Assembly (NCBI GenBank): GCA_964014485.1
Contig: CAXHAT010000051.1
Location: 1-42,718 of the forward strand
Direction of reading: 5' to 3'
Length of the DNA: 42,718 nt
Origin: an uncultured Deferribacteres bacterium
GTDB taxonomy: Bacteria > Zhuqueibacterota > Zhuqueibacteria > Zhuqueibacterales > Geothermadaptataceae
Shown here: piece after piece, positions 26,829 through 35,600 of the stretch
Position numbering within the stretch: position 1 is the first letter of the stretch
Layout of the letters: the number at the start of each line of letters is the position of its first letter
Notes under the pieces: model-generated
What the model was told of the DNA's origin: nothing
The model's database searches: none
Seen by the model: the letters and a program-made list of their open reading frames with translations, nothing else
Program-made: the position numbers and the translations under genes

Positions 26829-27563
26829 ATGAGAAATGAAATTTCCTTATTGGAAAATACGCAGCGATCTCTTGAAGATCAGGCGGGAAAAATGCGTTCG
26901 CTCTCTCCGGATAAAGAGTTCACGACGCCGCTGCCGGAATTGTTTGAGCGCATTGTTGACAAGAGCTTGCCGGGAGAATTTTTAGTCTTGTTTGCTCGCG
27001 GATTGGTCGGGTTGGCACAAGCGCAACGCGAAAATTTCCCGCAAAACATTTTTCAAGACCTCGATTTGATTGCAGCGGAAATTTATAGGGGAGCCATGAA
27101 GGCGCCTCAGCCTTTGACGCATTTGGAAGAGCAAATCGCCGTGCTGGTTCGGCTGCAACGTTTGTATGGCTGCAAATCATCGCTCAATTTTCAGTACGTT
27201 CATGATTTTACATACGGCTTTGACTGGATTAAATGGGCGGCGAAACAGCCGCGAACGCAGAAAACCGGCTCGCCTTTTCAACTGGATTTTTTGTACTACC
27301 TCGAGAGACGCGCCGGAGAAATTGAGACGCTTATTCAACAGAACGATGAAAAATACCCCAAACTTTCAAGCGGCAAAGCGCGCAACCCGTTTGGTTTTTC
27401 AAGGGAACCGGCAGACGAAATTCTGCTTCATGAAACTCTTGCGCGAGAAAGGGCGATCCCGATTGAAGCCTGGGCGGTCGACGGACATATTTCAGCGGAT
27501 TTCCAATTGTACGAAAATCGTCGTATCAAGGCGCAAGCTCTGAAGTTGTGTCTGAAAGATTAA
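26829..27563 (+). CDS. Conserved hypothetical protein
   Basis: ORF with motif-like blocks NFPQNIFQDLD, FQYVHDFTYGFDW, DEKYP and RNPFGFSREP. ATG26829 was chosen to avoid overlap with menA. Confidence 0.65.
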   Translation: MRNEISLLENTQRSLEDQAGKMRSLSPDKEFTTPLPELFERIVDKSLPGEFLVLFARGLVGLAQAQRENFPQNIFQDLDLIAAEIYRGAMKAPQPLTHLEEQIAVLVRLQRLYGCKSSLNFQYVHDFTYGFDWIKWAAKQPRTQKTGSPFQLDFLYYLERRAGEIETLIQQNDEKYPKLSSGKARNPFGFSREPADEILLHETLARERAIPIEAWAVDGHISADFQLYENRRIKAQALKLCLKD

Positions 27564-27643
27564 AATTGCTTTTTGCAAAAGGCTCTTTAATTTTCGAACT
27601 AAAACCAAACTGGACATTAAAAATAGTGCGACTATTTTAAAAT

Positions 27644-28969
27644 ATGATTTCCACTATTCTCCAACAACCCCTTTATAAACGCAAAATTCTCCCCGAAATT
27701 ATTGAATGGTTGGGAGACCATCGTCTATTGATTTTAACGGGGGCCAGACAAACGGGCAAAACCAGCTTAATCTACTTGCTGATTCAGCACTTGGCAAAAA
27801 ACAAACAACATAGAGAACGCATCTTCTATTTTGATTTGGAAGATTTTGAATTGCTCGAGCTATGCAATAGAGGCGTGAAAAGTTTTATAACTTATCTCGA
27901 GCAACTCGGGGTTCAGCACTCGGAAAAATCTTTTATTTTCATCGACGAAATTCAATACCTGGACAATCCATCGAATTTCTTAAAAATATTGGCAGACCAT
28001 CACCGAAACTTGAAAATCGTCTGCTCAGGGTCGTCAAGCCTTGAAATTCGTCGCAAATTTCGAGATTCCCTGGTCGGGCGAAAAATGGTGTTTGAAATCC
28101 CGCCCCTCACATTTTCGGAATTCTTGCTTTTTAAACAAAAAAACCATCTGAGCAGGCTCCGGGACGGCTTCACATGGGATAAGTTGTTTTCCGAAAAACA
28201 AGAATTTGAGAATAGCGTCTCGTCCATTTTAGCGAACGAATTGCAAAGGTTGTTTGATGAATTTGCCGTTTATGGTTCTTACCCCGCTGTAGCTTTGGAA
28301 AACGTGCTTGGCAAAAAAAGAAAAATTCTCCAGGAGATTTACCAGACTTATGTCAGGAAAGATCTGAACGAATTGTTTACAATTGAAAACTTGACCGCAT
28401 TTAACAATCTCGTTCGACTCTTGGCTTTGCAACAAGGAAATCTGGTAAACTTCGGCGAATTGGCAACTCACTTGGGAATAAGCCGGCCTACAGTAGAAAA
28501 ATACATTTTTATTCTGGAAAATACATTCGTCACTTCGGTCGTACCGCCGTTCTTTATAAACAAGCGCACAGAAATCGTCAAAATGCCCAAAATCTATTTC
28601 TGTGATTCGGGCATACGAAACCAGGCGGCGCGAAATATGGACTCTTTAGAAAACAGAGTTGACGCTGGGGCGTTAGTTGAAAACTGTGTCTACAAATCGC
28701 TTTTTGCATCGTCGGCGATACAAGAAAAGATAAAATTCTGGCGCACCAAGCATGGAAATGAAGTTGATTTCGTTATTGATGATCAGCGCCCTTTTGGCGT
28801 TGAAGTAAAATACCGCAGGATAAAAAAGCCTCGAAAACCTGCTGGCTTGCGCTCGTTTTCCGCCAAATATCAGACGTCGGTTTCAATCATTGTCACTCGC
28901 GACTTATTGGCCGTTTCTAAAGAAACGACCCAAGTCTTTAAATATGTACCAGTGTGGCTGCTAGAATAA
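27644..28969 (+). CDS. AAA_14 ATPase with C-terminal DUF4143 (PD-(D/E)xK-like) domain
   Basis: Walker A GARQTGKT, Walker B FIDEIQ, SGSS, LVGR, KIYFCDSG, EN and EVDFV...EVK. Confidence 0.92.
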   Translation: MISTILQQPLYKRKILPEIIEWLGDHRLLILTGARQTGKTSLIYLLIQHLAKNKQHRERIFYFDLEDFELLELCNRGVKSFITYLEQLGVQHSEKSFIFIDEIQYLDNPSNFLKILADHHRNLKIVCSGSSSLEIRRKFRDSLVGRKMVFEIPPLTFSEFLLFKQKNHLSRLRDGFTWDKLFSEKQEFENSVSSILANELQRLFDEFAVYGSYPAVALENVLGKKRKILQEIYQTYVRKDLNELFTIENLTAFNNLVRLLALQQGNLVNFGELATHLGISRPTVEKYIFILENTFVTSVVPPFFINKRTEIVKMPKIYFCDSGIRNQAARNMDSLENRVDAGALVENCVYKSLFASSAIQEKIKFWRTKHGNEVDFVIDDQRPFGVEVKYRRIKKPRKPAGLRSFSAKYQTSVSIIVTRDLLAVSKETTQVFKYVPVWLLE

Positions 28970-29014
28970 TGAGGTCTGCGAGGAAAACAGGGAGCGGCGA
29001 TCCCACTCCCACAT

Positions 29015-30349
29015 CTAATTTCCTTTGAAGAACGAAAGAGGATAAACGACTTTCAGCGTGCCGCTGGCAATCGGAGGATATTTGAAGGTGCGAATCCGGT
29101 TCATGATTTCCTGCTCAAACTCGGGGCTGCCCATATTTGAGCTTTGCAGCACAACGCTGCTCACTTTGCCGTCCGCCGCAACCGTCACTTCCACGCGCAT
29201 CAATCCTTTGAAACCGGGCTGCTTGCGCAAGTAAGTGTTGTAGATAAACTGCAAACGCCCCATGTTTTTTTGCAGCACATCGTACAGCGAGGTCTCTGAA
29301 CGCGAACCAATCGCTTCTTCGTCGCCTGTCACCCCGCCAAGCGTTTCGATCTTAATGCTCGCCTTTGCGCTCAACTCCACCGATTCAACGCCGTCAGGGC
29401 TGCCGACGATGTCGTCGATGCCTTTGTTGAAAATGTCGTCCAACAAATTTTGCGCGTCGGGATCGCCGTCGGGGTTGTTGCCGACCTGCATTTTGCCGCT
29501 GGTCAGGTTTGCGTCAGTGACAGCGAGACCGGAACTAATCAAATCTTCCATCAGCGAACCGTTGGAAGCGTCTGAATTGGCCGAAAGCACCGAGAGCAAG
29601 CCCAATTCGCTGGGGTTGGGATTCCGCTTCACCGGCTCCGCGGGGCGCGGCTGCTCTCTCGGCTGACGCACAGGCTCCGGCTGATCTTCCGGCGTTTCTT
29701 CTTCCTCGCTTTCAATCGGCGTTTCTATAGGAGGCTCTTCAATCGGTTCCGGGTCCGTAAAAGTGACCTGAATTCGATCTGCAATATCTTCAATAGTCGG
29801 CAGTTTTTTGGGCGGCGGAATATAATCTTTTATGCCAAGCAAAAGCACGATGTTCAATAACAAAAGTATTGTGACCATACCTTTGAACATGACGTCGTCT
29901 TTGAGATTGCGCATGAAAACCTTGACCGGCGAAAAGCCGTCGAATTCCATGGCCGGCACGCCCTTTTTCGCAACGGCGGCTTTGTTTTCCATGACGAAAT
30001 CGATGCGCGTTCCGTCCAGAAAAACATAACCCATGTGGCCGGGCTTGACTTCGTATGAGTAATAGCCGTTGCCTTTGGGCAGCAAGCCGTGCTCAATCAA
30101 GTCCGAAAATCTTAATTGCGAATTTTTCGCTTTCACCTCGCCTTCCGCGAAAATCGGAAAAAACATAAAATACCGTCCGCTCTTTTTGAAAAAAAGCGGA
30201 TGCTTTTTCGGATAGTTTTCGCCGAATAAGGGCAAATCGTTTTTAGGACTTTTGCCGATATAAAACGGATCTTTGCCGTTCAGATACCGATGCGCTTCCT
30301 TGCCGCCTTGTTGTCGAATCCTGAGATGTAAAATTTGATCTGAAGACAT
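29015..30349 (-). CDS. GltG/PglI/AgmX-like TonB-type energy transducer (FHA-like N-terminus, TM, Pro/acidic linker, TonB_C-like domain)
   Basis: YIGKSPKNDL; single TM; EEPPIETP linker; ELGLLSVL; C-terminal YNTYLRKQPGFKG.M.V.VTVAADGKV...VVYPLSF. Confidence 0.8.
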   Translation of the reverse strand: MSSDQILHLRIRQQGGKEAHRYLNGKDPFYIGKSPKNDLPLFGENYPKKHPLFFKKSGRYFMFFPIFAEGEVKAKNSQLRFSDLIEHGLLPKGNGYYSYEVKPGHMGYVFLDGTRIDFVMENKAAVAKKGVPAMEFDGFSPVKVFMRNLKDDVMFKGMVTILLLLNIVLLLGIKDYIPPPKKLPTIEDIADRIQVTFTDPEPIEEPPIETPIESEEEETPEDQPEPVRQPREQPRPAEPVKRNPNPSELGLLSVLSANSDASNGSLMEDLISSGLAVTDANLTSGKMQVGNNPDGDPDAQNLLDDIFNKGIDDIVGSPDGVESVELSAKASIKIETLGGVTGDEEAIGSRSETSLYDVLQKNMGRLQFIYNTYLRKQPGFKGLMRVEVTVAADGKVSSVVLQSSNMGSPEFEQEIMNRIRTFKYPPIASGTLKVVYPLSFFKGN

Positions 30350-30353
30350 TATC

Positions 30354-30863
30354 CTATTCCTGTTTCACCACGGCGAGATAGATGTTTGTATACCCGCGCT
30401 TGCCGCACGTCGCCATGATTTTTTTGAGAATGCGAAACGGGATTAATCGATCGCCTTGAATCGTCACCTCGCCCTTAAAGCCAAACGCCGCGTTGCGTTC
30501 GCCCAACGTTCTGGCATTGTTGCGAAAGGTTTGCAAACGCTGGCTTAAGCCGGGAATTTCCGCGCTGTTGCTGTTGAGAACGTCTTGAAAACTGGCGACC
30601 GGCTCCTCATCCAACAAAATCGCTTCCTGCGTCACCGTCACAATTGGGGTGGCGGTCGGCATTTTTTGCGCCGTCGAGGTCGGGAGCGTCAGATTGTCCG
30701 AAACCGTAATAATCTGGCCTTCCGCCGAATAGCTCTTGAGCAAAAAGACGAGCAAAATCGTAAACATGTCAATCATCGAGGTGAGCCGGAGCTCAACCTG
30801 TGCATGGCGCCTTCTCGTATTGCGGGCGCCAAGCGAAAATTTATGCGTATTTAAGTTCAGCAT
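30354..30863 (-). CDS. ExbD/TolR-family protein (AglS-like)
   Basis: LRLTSMIDMFTILLVFLLKS (channel Asp present); IQGDRLIPF..LKKIMATC..GY. Confidence 0.88.
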   Translation of the reverse strand: MLNLNTHKFSLGARNTRRRHAQVELRLTSMIDMFTILLVFLLKSYSAEGQIITVSDNLTLPTSTAQKMPTATPIVTVTQEAILLDEEPVASFQDVLNSNSAEIPGLSQRLQTFRNNARTLGERNAAFGFKGEVTIQGDRLIPFRILKKIMATCGKRGYTNIYLAVVKQE

Positions 30864-30866
30864 TAA

Positions 30867-31322
30867 TTAACCAGACACTGAAATATTGGGAAATCCGTTG
30901 TCACGACAAGCGTCCATCACATCGACGATCGTTTCGTAAACAATCGACTCAATGGGTTGGATGGTGATTTCTTCCGTTCCGCCGTAACGTGACTTGATTT
31001 GCTGCAGCGCGCTGTTCAGGCGCGAAAAATCGAATCGATTTCCCTGTTTTGGGATTTTCGGTAATGCCATTTGCGGCGCTTTTAGCTCAAAGCCTGACTC
31101 ATCGACACGCAAAAAGATCAGCACGCGGTCCTTAGGATCGGTGTTTTGAGAACTGACCGTTTTGTTTTGCGACGGCAGAGACAGTTCGAGAATCGCCAGC
31201 CTGACAAACTCAGTTGAGAGGAGCAAAAACGGCACGAGAATGAGGAACAAATTCATAACGGGCGTGATGTTCACGTCATCGCCGCCGCGCCGCCTGCCGT
31301 TTGATCCGCCGGTAAAATTCAT
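30867..31322 (-). CDS. ExbD/TolR-family protein (AglQ-like position)
   Basis: VNITPVMNLFLILVPFLL (Asn at the usual Asp site); YETIVDVMDACR..GFPNIS. Confidence 0.85.
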   Translation of the reverse strand: MNFTGGSNGRRRGGDDVNITPVMNLFLILVPFLLLSTEFVRLAILELSLPSQNKTVSSQNTDPKDRVLIFLRVDESGFELKAPQMALPKIPKQGNRFDFSRLNSALQQIKSRYGGTEEITIQPIESIVYETIVDVMDACRDNGFPNISVSG

Positions 31323-31324
31323 TT

Positions 31325-31960
31325 TTAAGCCCTCGCCGCGCCTGCAATTCTGCGGTAGATGCGTGCAACGTTTTCGTTGATGTTATCGACCAGCGCGTTG
31401 GTTTTTTCTTGAATGTAGGCAAATGCAACGAGTGACGGAATCGCTGCAATCAACCCAAAAGCTGTTGTGTTCATTGCTTTTGCAATACCTTGAGAAAGCA
31501 ATTGCGCTTTTTGCGATGCGTCCGCAACCGCAACGGCGTCGAAAGAATCGATCAGACCGAAGATGGTTCCGAGCAGCCCGAGCAGCGTTGCGACGTTGGC
31601 CGCCATGCTCAGGTATTGCGTGCGTTTCTCAATTTTGGGGATCTCAGACATCGCCGCGAGTTCGAGCGCGTTCTGAATTTCCGTCGGGTTTTTACCGATT
31701 TCTTCCAAACCGGCTCGGGTGATTTGCGGCAGCGCCGCTTTCGACATGCTGCAAAGCTCAACGGCCTGTTTGACCGAACCTTTTTGCACCAATTCCAAAA
31801 TACGGTTAACGAAAGCCGCTGTGTCAATACGATTCTTAATGCTGATGAACACGACGCGTTCAACCATGATTGCGATGCTGATGATTAAAACACCGAGAAT
31901 CGCGACCATGAAAACGCCTCCTTGCTGAAACGCCCTGATGGCATTATCGAACAGTTCCAA
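31325..31960 (-). CDS. MotA/TolQ/ExbB proton channel (AglR-like)
   Basis: ATLLGLLGTIFGLI and GIAKAMNTTAFGL motifs; TTG start with AGGAGG RBS. Confidence 0.93.
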   Translation of the reverse strand: MELFDNAIRAFQQGGVFMVAILGVLIISIAIMVERVVFISIKNRIDTAAFVNRILELVQKGSVKQAVELCSMSKAALPQITRAGLEEIGKNPTEIQNALELAAMSEIPKIEKRTQYLSMAANVATLLGLLGTIFGLIDSFDAVAVADASQKAQLLSQGIAKAMNTTAFGLIAAIPSLVAFAYIQEKTNALVDNINENVARIYRRIAGAARA

Positions 31961-32250
31961 TCTAAAACCTCCTGTTTTGAAAAGTGCTTGCGAAAATTAA
32001 ATTTCTTGTCGTCATATTTTGTAGTCGTTTTTCTGACGTGCTGTCAGCCAGTCATGCACGACAAATTCGCCTGCCGGCCCGGTCGTATAAAAGCCGATTG
32101 CCAAAGACATTCGAAGTTTTAAGGGTGAGAGCGTAGAAACGGCGAGAAGTCGTTGAAACCAAGCAACTTGAGAAAACCGCCGTCCTGGCGCTGTCAAAAA
32201 TCCCGGCTGACCCAAATGCGAGCCAATCGGATAAACTCCTGCAAATATAC

Positions 32251-32625
32251 CTACCAGGGAATGACGGCACGTAATTTTCTTCGGCCCTTTTGCGGGAAAA
32301 AATCTTTTTCCACCGGCCTGAAAATCTCACGAAAAAAAGAGCGGTCGATTTGAATGCCGTCAACTTGAGGATTACCGCCCGGAATGATGAATATCGCCTG
32401 CGGTTTCGGAATTTCTCCGATCACGTCGATATTGTCGAGGAACACGCGTTCCTTCTTCTCATCAATCCTGGTAATGTCAGGTTCGGGGAGACTTGATAGC
32501 TGACCCGGAGTTAATCGCGCTGTTGCGGAGCTATCTTGCTGTTGGGAGGATTGAGCAAGCGCAGTCCTTGCGCACGGGACGACCATCGCGGCTGTAAGTC
32601 CCAGCATCCATGCTGCTTTTTTCAT
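32251..32625 (-). CDS. Small secreted protein, GltF/CglF-like
   Basis: Signal peptide; IDVIGEIPKPQAIFII...DRSFF..I resembles the I.G...KP motif of GltF-type proteins; lies just downstream of a large TPR gene. Confidence 0.6.
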   Translation of the reverse strand: MKKAAWMLGLTAAMVVPCARTALAQSSQQQDSSATARLTPGQLSSLPEPDITRIDEKKERVFLDNIDVIGEIPKPQAIFIIPGGNPQVDGIQIDRSFFREIFRPVEKDFFPQKGRRKLRAVIPW

Positions 32626-32640
32626 GACGAGTCCTTGGTT

Positions 32641-35586
32641 TTATTGATTTCCGTCCAAACCGGACGTGTCTTGGGAACCTGTGTTGTTAGGCCCGGGCGC
32701 ACTTGTCGGCGCGCCGCCTTGCTGCAATTGATTGACGCGAATGCGGCTGCGATCCATCCATTCGTTGGACAAATTGGTACGCTCGCCCACCTGGATCGAT
32801 TGCTGGTATTGCTTCAACGCCGCATCTTTGTAAGGCTGGCTTTGCTTGGCAAGCGCCGCCTTGTAAGCTTGTAAATCAGCCCCTTGCAGGCCCGCTGGAG
32901 CAGGCGACTCATCCAGCGCGCGGGCAAACTCTTCCATCGCCGCGCCTTTCAGATAGAGTGACGCCGTCACCCAGTCAGCGTTCTTAAATTTGATCGCGTT
33001 ATCGCAAGCCGTTGCCACGCGTTTTAGCAGAGCTTGCTTGCTTTTGAGATCGCGGGCCATCGTTTTCGGGCCGCCAATGTCAACTTGCACATATTCGCTG
33101 TAGTACATGCGGGCGATGAGAAATTGCGCCTGCGCCGGGAAATAAGGATCGATCAACTCGCCTTGCTGGGCGAAACCGGCGTAATCCACCAAGGCTTTCT
33201 TGAGCAGCGTTTGCGCCTTGCGGTCGTCCTGTTTTTTAAAGGCGTATTCACCGGCTTTGACAACGGCTTCGACCTGCTTAGCCGGATCTTCGGAAAAACT
33301 GTAGGCGTATTTCTCAAAGAAATTTGCGGCCTGTTCAAAGTTCTCGGCGCGCTCCAGGTTGACCGCGGCGTTATAGACCGAACGCCCGGCAAATTTCGAC
33401 TGAGGGAAGCTTCTCACCAATTCAAGATAATTGGCCGCCGCACGCGCATAGTCCGGCAATTTCTCGCTCAGGATCGCCGCTTTGTAAAGCGTTTCTTCAA
33501 TCTTTGTTGATTGCGGCAGACGGTAGCGCAAGTTTTCGTAAATCGGGATCGCCTTGCTTATTTCGCCCGCTTCTTCATAGTTCACCGCCGCTTTCAAGAG
33601 CGCTTGTTCAGCGATTTCAATATTATCCGTCGTCGCGGCCACGTTCTGGAACGCTTCGGCGGCTTCGTTGCCCTTGCCCGCCGCCAGTAAATCTTCCGCC
33701 TTTTTGAAGCGAGAAGAAGAAATCATCGTCGCCGCCTGTTCCGAATACTTCAGGGAATCAGGATATTCCGAACGAATCCGGCCGTACCAGGCTTCGGCCA
33801 CGTCAAACCTTTCCTGCTGGTAGGCGGATTGCGCAATCATGTTGTATGCTTGCAAAGTAAATTGCGTTTCGCTGCCGCGATTAACGACGGCGGTGTAGGC
33901 TTGCTGCGACAGATCAAAGCGTTCCAAATTGAAAAGCGCTTCGCCGTACTTCATCAAGACTTCAGGCGCTTTGCCGTCGTCCGGGAGGTATTTTGCAAAG
34001 TCGTTGCAGGCCTGCAGCATATCCCCGAATTCTTTGCTCGGCGTTTTCACCGGATGGGTTTCGCCGCGCCCGAGAAAATCTTCGAGATAAAATATAATCG
34101 AATCCTGCGCCGTCGATTGCGTGTTATCGAGAATATTGAATGCTGAAAGTACACGGTTATAAGCCGCGTCAGAGGCCAGTTTGCCCGGCTCGTCTTTCGT
34201 CGCAACAACATTCTCGTAAGCTTTCGAGGCGTTTTCAAAATCGCCCAATTCGTAATAAGCTTCCGCCTGATAAAACTGGACTTGCTCGGCGCGTTCATGG
34301 CCCGGAAACTTATCGAGATATTCCTGATAGCGCGCGACCGCCAAAGTTAAATCGCGGCGGTTTTTGGTTTCCATCCCGCGTTGCTGCGATTCGGTCGCGA
34401 GAATGTACAAGCTCTCTTCAACCAGTTCGAGCGCTTTGGCCCGTCCTTCGCCTTCGGGATGTTTGTTTAGCCACTCTGAGCCGGGGCCGTAATTTTTGAC
34501 CATCGCGATGCGCGCTTCTTCCGTTTCCTTCGTGTTTTCGGTGAGGAGGTAATTTTTAATAATCTTTGCCTGAACTTCCGGCGCCGTGTGATGCAACGGC
34601 CAAATGCGCAAAATCGCGGCGTAAACTTCGTTTGATTCTTCGTAAAAATTTCGTTCCTGATACAACTCGCCCAAGCGGATAAAAATCGTTTTGCTGTATT
34701 CTTTCTCGCCGATGTCCAGAAGGAATTTCTCAGCCGCTCTCGCTCCTCCGTGTTCCGTGAAGCTTTCCGCAACATACGTAATGGCTTCTTCCCGCAAATC
34801 CGCGCTACGACCGTCGTCAACACCTTCCTTTTCAAGCTGACTTAAATCATCGATCATGTAAATAAACGTACTGATCGCCCTGGAATGCTCGCCGATGTTG
34901 TAATATGCCCAGGCAAGCTTGTAGAGCGACATTGCGAAGTAAGGGCTGTCGAAACGATCTTTCAGCAATTCATAATGCTTAATGGCGGTACGATAATCAT
35001 GGCGCTCAAAGGCCTGTTCGCCCTTGCGGAAGTTCGATTCATCAAGATATGCGCTGTTGCCGTAGTCGTTTGTAAGCTTGTTAAAATACTCAAACGCAAC
35101 TTCATCATTGCCTTCTTGCAAATGGCAGAGCGCGATGCGATAAATCACTTTGTCGACAAACGGCGCCGTTGGATATTCTTGCAGCAGGCGATAGCCCAAA
35201 CGAGTGGCTTTTTGGAAAGAAACGCGGGGAATGGTCGGCTCATTTTCGAGTTGGCCGTTGTCAAACTTGACCATTTCTTCTTCATACCGCCCCATAAGCG
35301 TTTGGTGCTCGTCGTTCGCCTTTTGAAAATAAAGCTCAACCAACTGGAACATGACGCTTGGCGTAAACTCGCTGTTCGGGTAGCTGTTTAACAGCGATTC
35401 ATTAACTTCAATCGCCTTGTCGATATCGTCTTTGACGTTTCCGAAAAGCGCCGCCGCGCCTTTCTTGTCTGATCCGCCGTTCCCATTCTGAGCGGCCAGC
35501 GAACCGACTGCCAGGCATATAAAAAAAAGCGGCTGGGCAACGAGTGTATTTTTGAACATTGTCTTTCTAACGCGATTTGCCTTCAT
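32641..35586 (-). CDS. Large periplasmic TPR protein, GltD/AgmU-like
   Basis: Signal peptide, many TPRs, SLYKLAWAYY, DLREEAITY, and C-terminal SPAPAGL..ADLQAYKAAL...NEW typical of AgmU-like proteins. Confidence 0.78.
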   Translation of the reverse strand: MKANRVRKTMFKNTLVAQPLFFICLAVGSLAAQNGNGGSDKKGAAALFGNVKDDIDKAIEVNESLLNSYPNSEFTPSVMFQLVELYFQKANDEHQTLMGRYEEEMVKFDNGQLENEPTIPRVSFQKATRLGYRLLQEYPTAPFVDKVIYRIALCHLQEGNDEVAFEYFNKLTNDYGNSAYLDESNFRKGEQAFERHDYRTAIKHYELLKDRFDSPYFAMSLYKLAWAYYNIGEHSRAISTFIYMIDDLSQLEKEGVDDGRSADLREEAITYVAESFTEHGGARAAEKFLLDIGEKEYSKTIFIRLGELYQERNFYEESNEVYAAILRIWPLHHTAPEVQAKIIKNYLLTENTKETEEARIAMVKNYGPGSEWLNKHPEGEGRAKALELVEESLYILATESQQRGMETKNRRDLTLAVARYQEYLDKFPGHERAEQVQFYQAEAYYELGDFENASKAYENVVATKDEPGKLASDAAYNRVLSAFNILDNTQSTAQDSIIFYLEDFLGRGETHPVKTPSKEFGDMLQACNDFAKYLPDDGKAPEVLMKYGEALFNLERFDLSQQAYTAVVNRGSETQFTLQAYNMIAQSAYQQERFDVAEAWYGRIRSEYPDSLKYSEQAATMISSSRFKKAEDLLAAGKGNEAAEAFQNVAATTDNIEIAEQALLKAAVNYEEAGEISKAIPIYENLRYRLPQSTKIEETLYKAAILSEKLPDYARAAANYLELVRSFPQSKFAGRSVYNAAVNLERAENFEQAANFFEKYAYSFSEDPAKQVEAVVKAGEYAFKKQDDRKAQTLLKKALVDYAGFAQQGELIDPYFPAQAQFLIARMYYSEYVQVDIGGPKTMARDLKSKQALLKRVATACDNAIKFKNADWVTASLYLKGAAMEEFARALDESPAPAGLQGADLQAYKAALAKQSQPYKDAALKQYQQSIQVGERTNLSNEWMDRSRIRVNQLQQGGAPTSAPGPNNTGSQDTSGLDGNQ

Positions 35587-35600
35587 GATGTACGACCCTG

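Noticed and set aside
29015..31960. Ordinary TonB-ExbBD uptake or Tol-Pal locus
   Set aside because: There is no TonB-dependent receptor, TolB or Pal. Two dissimilar ExbDs, an AgmX/PglI-type C-terminus and large TPR partners fit the Agl-Glt type better.
32012..32215. 67-aa ORF between the GltF-like and ExbB genes
   Set aside because: It has a non-ATG start and no recognisable motif or TM segment, so it cannot be supported.
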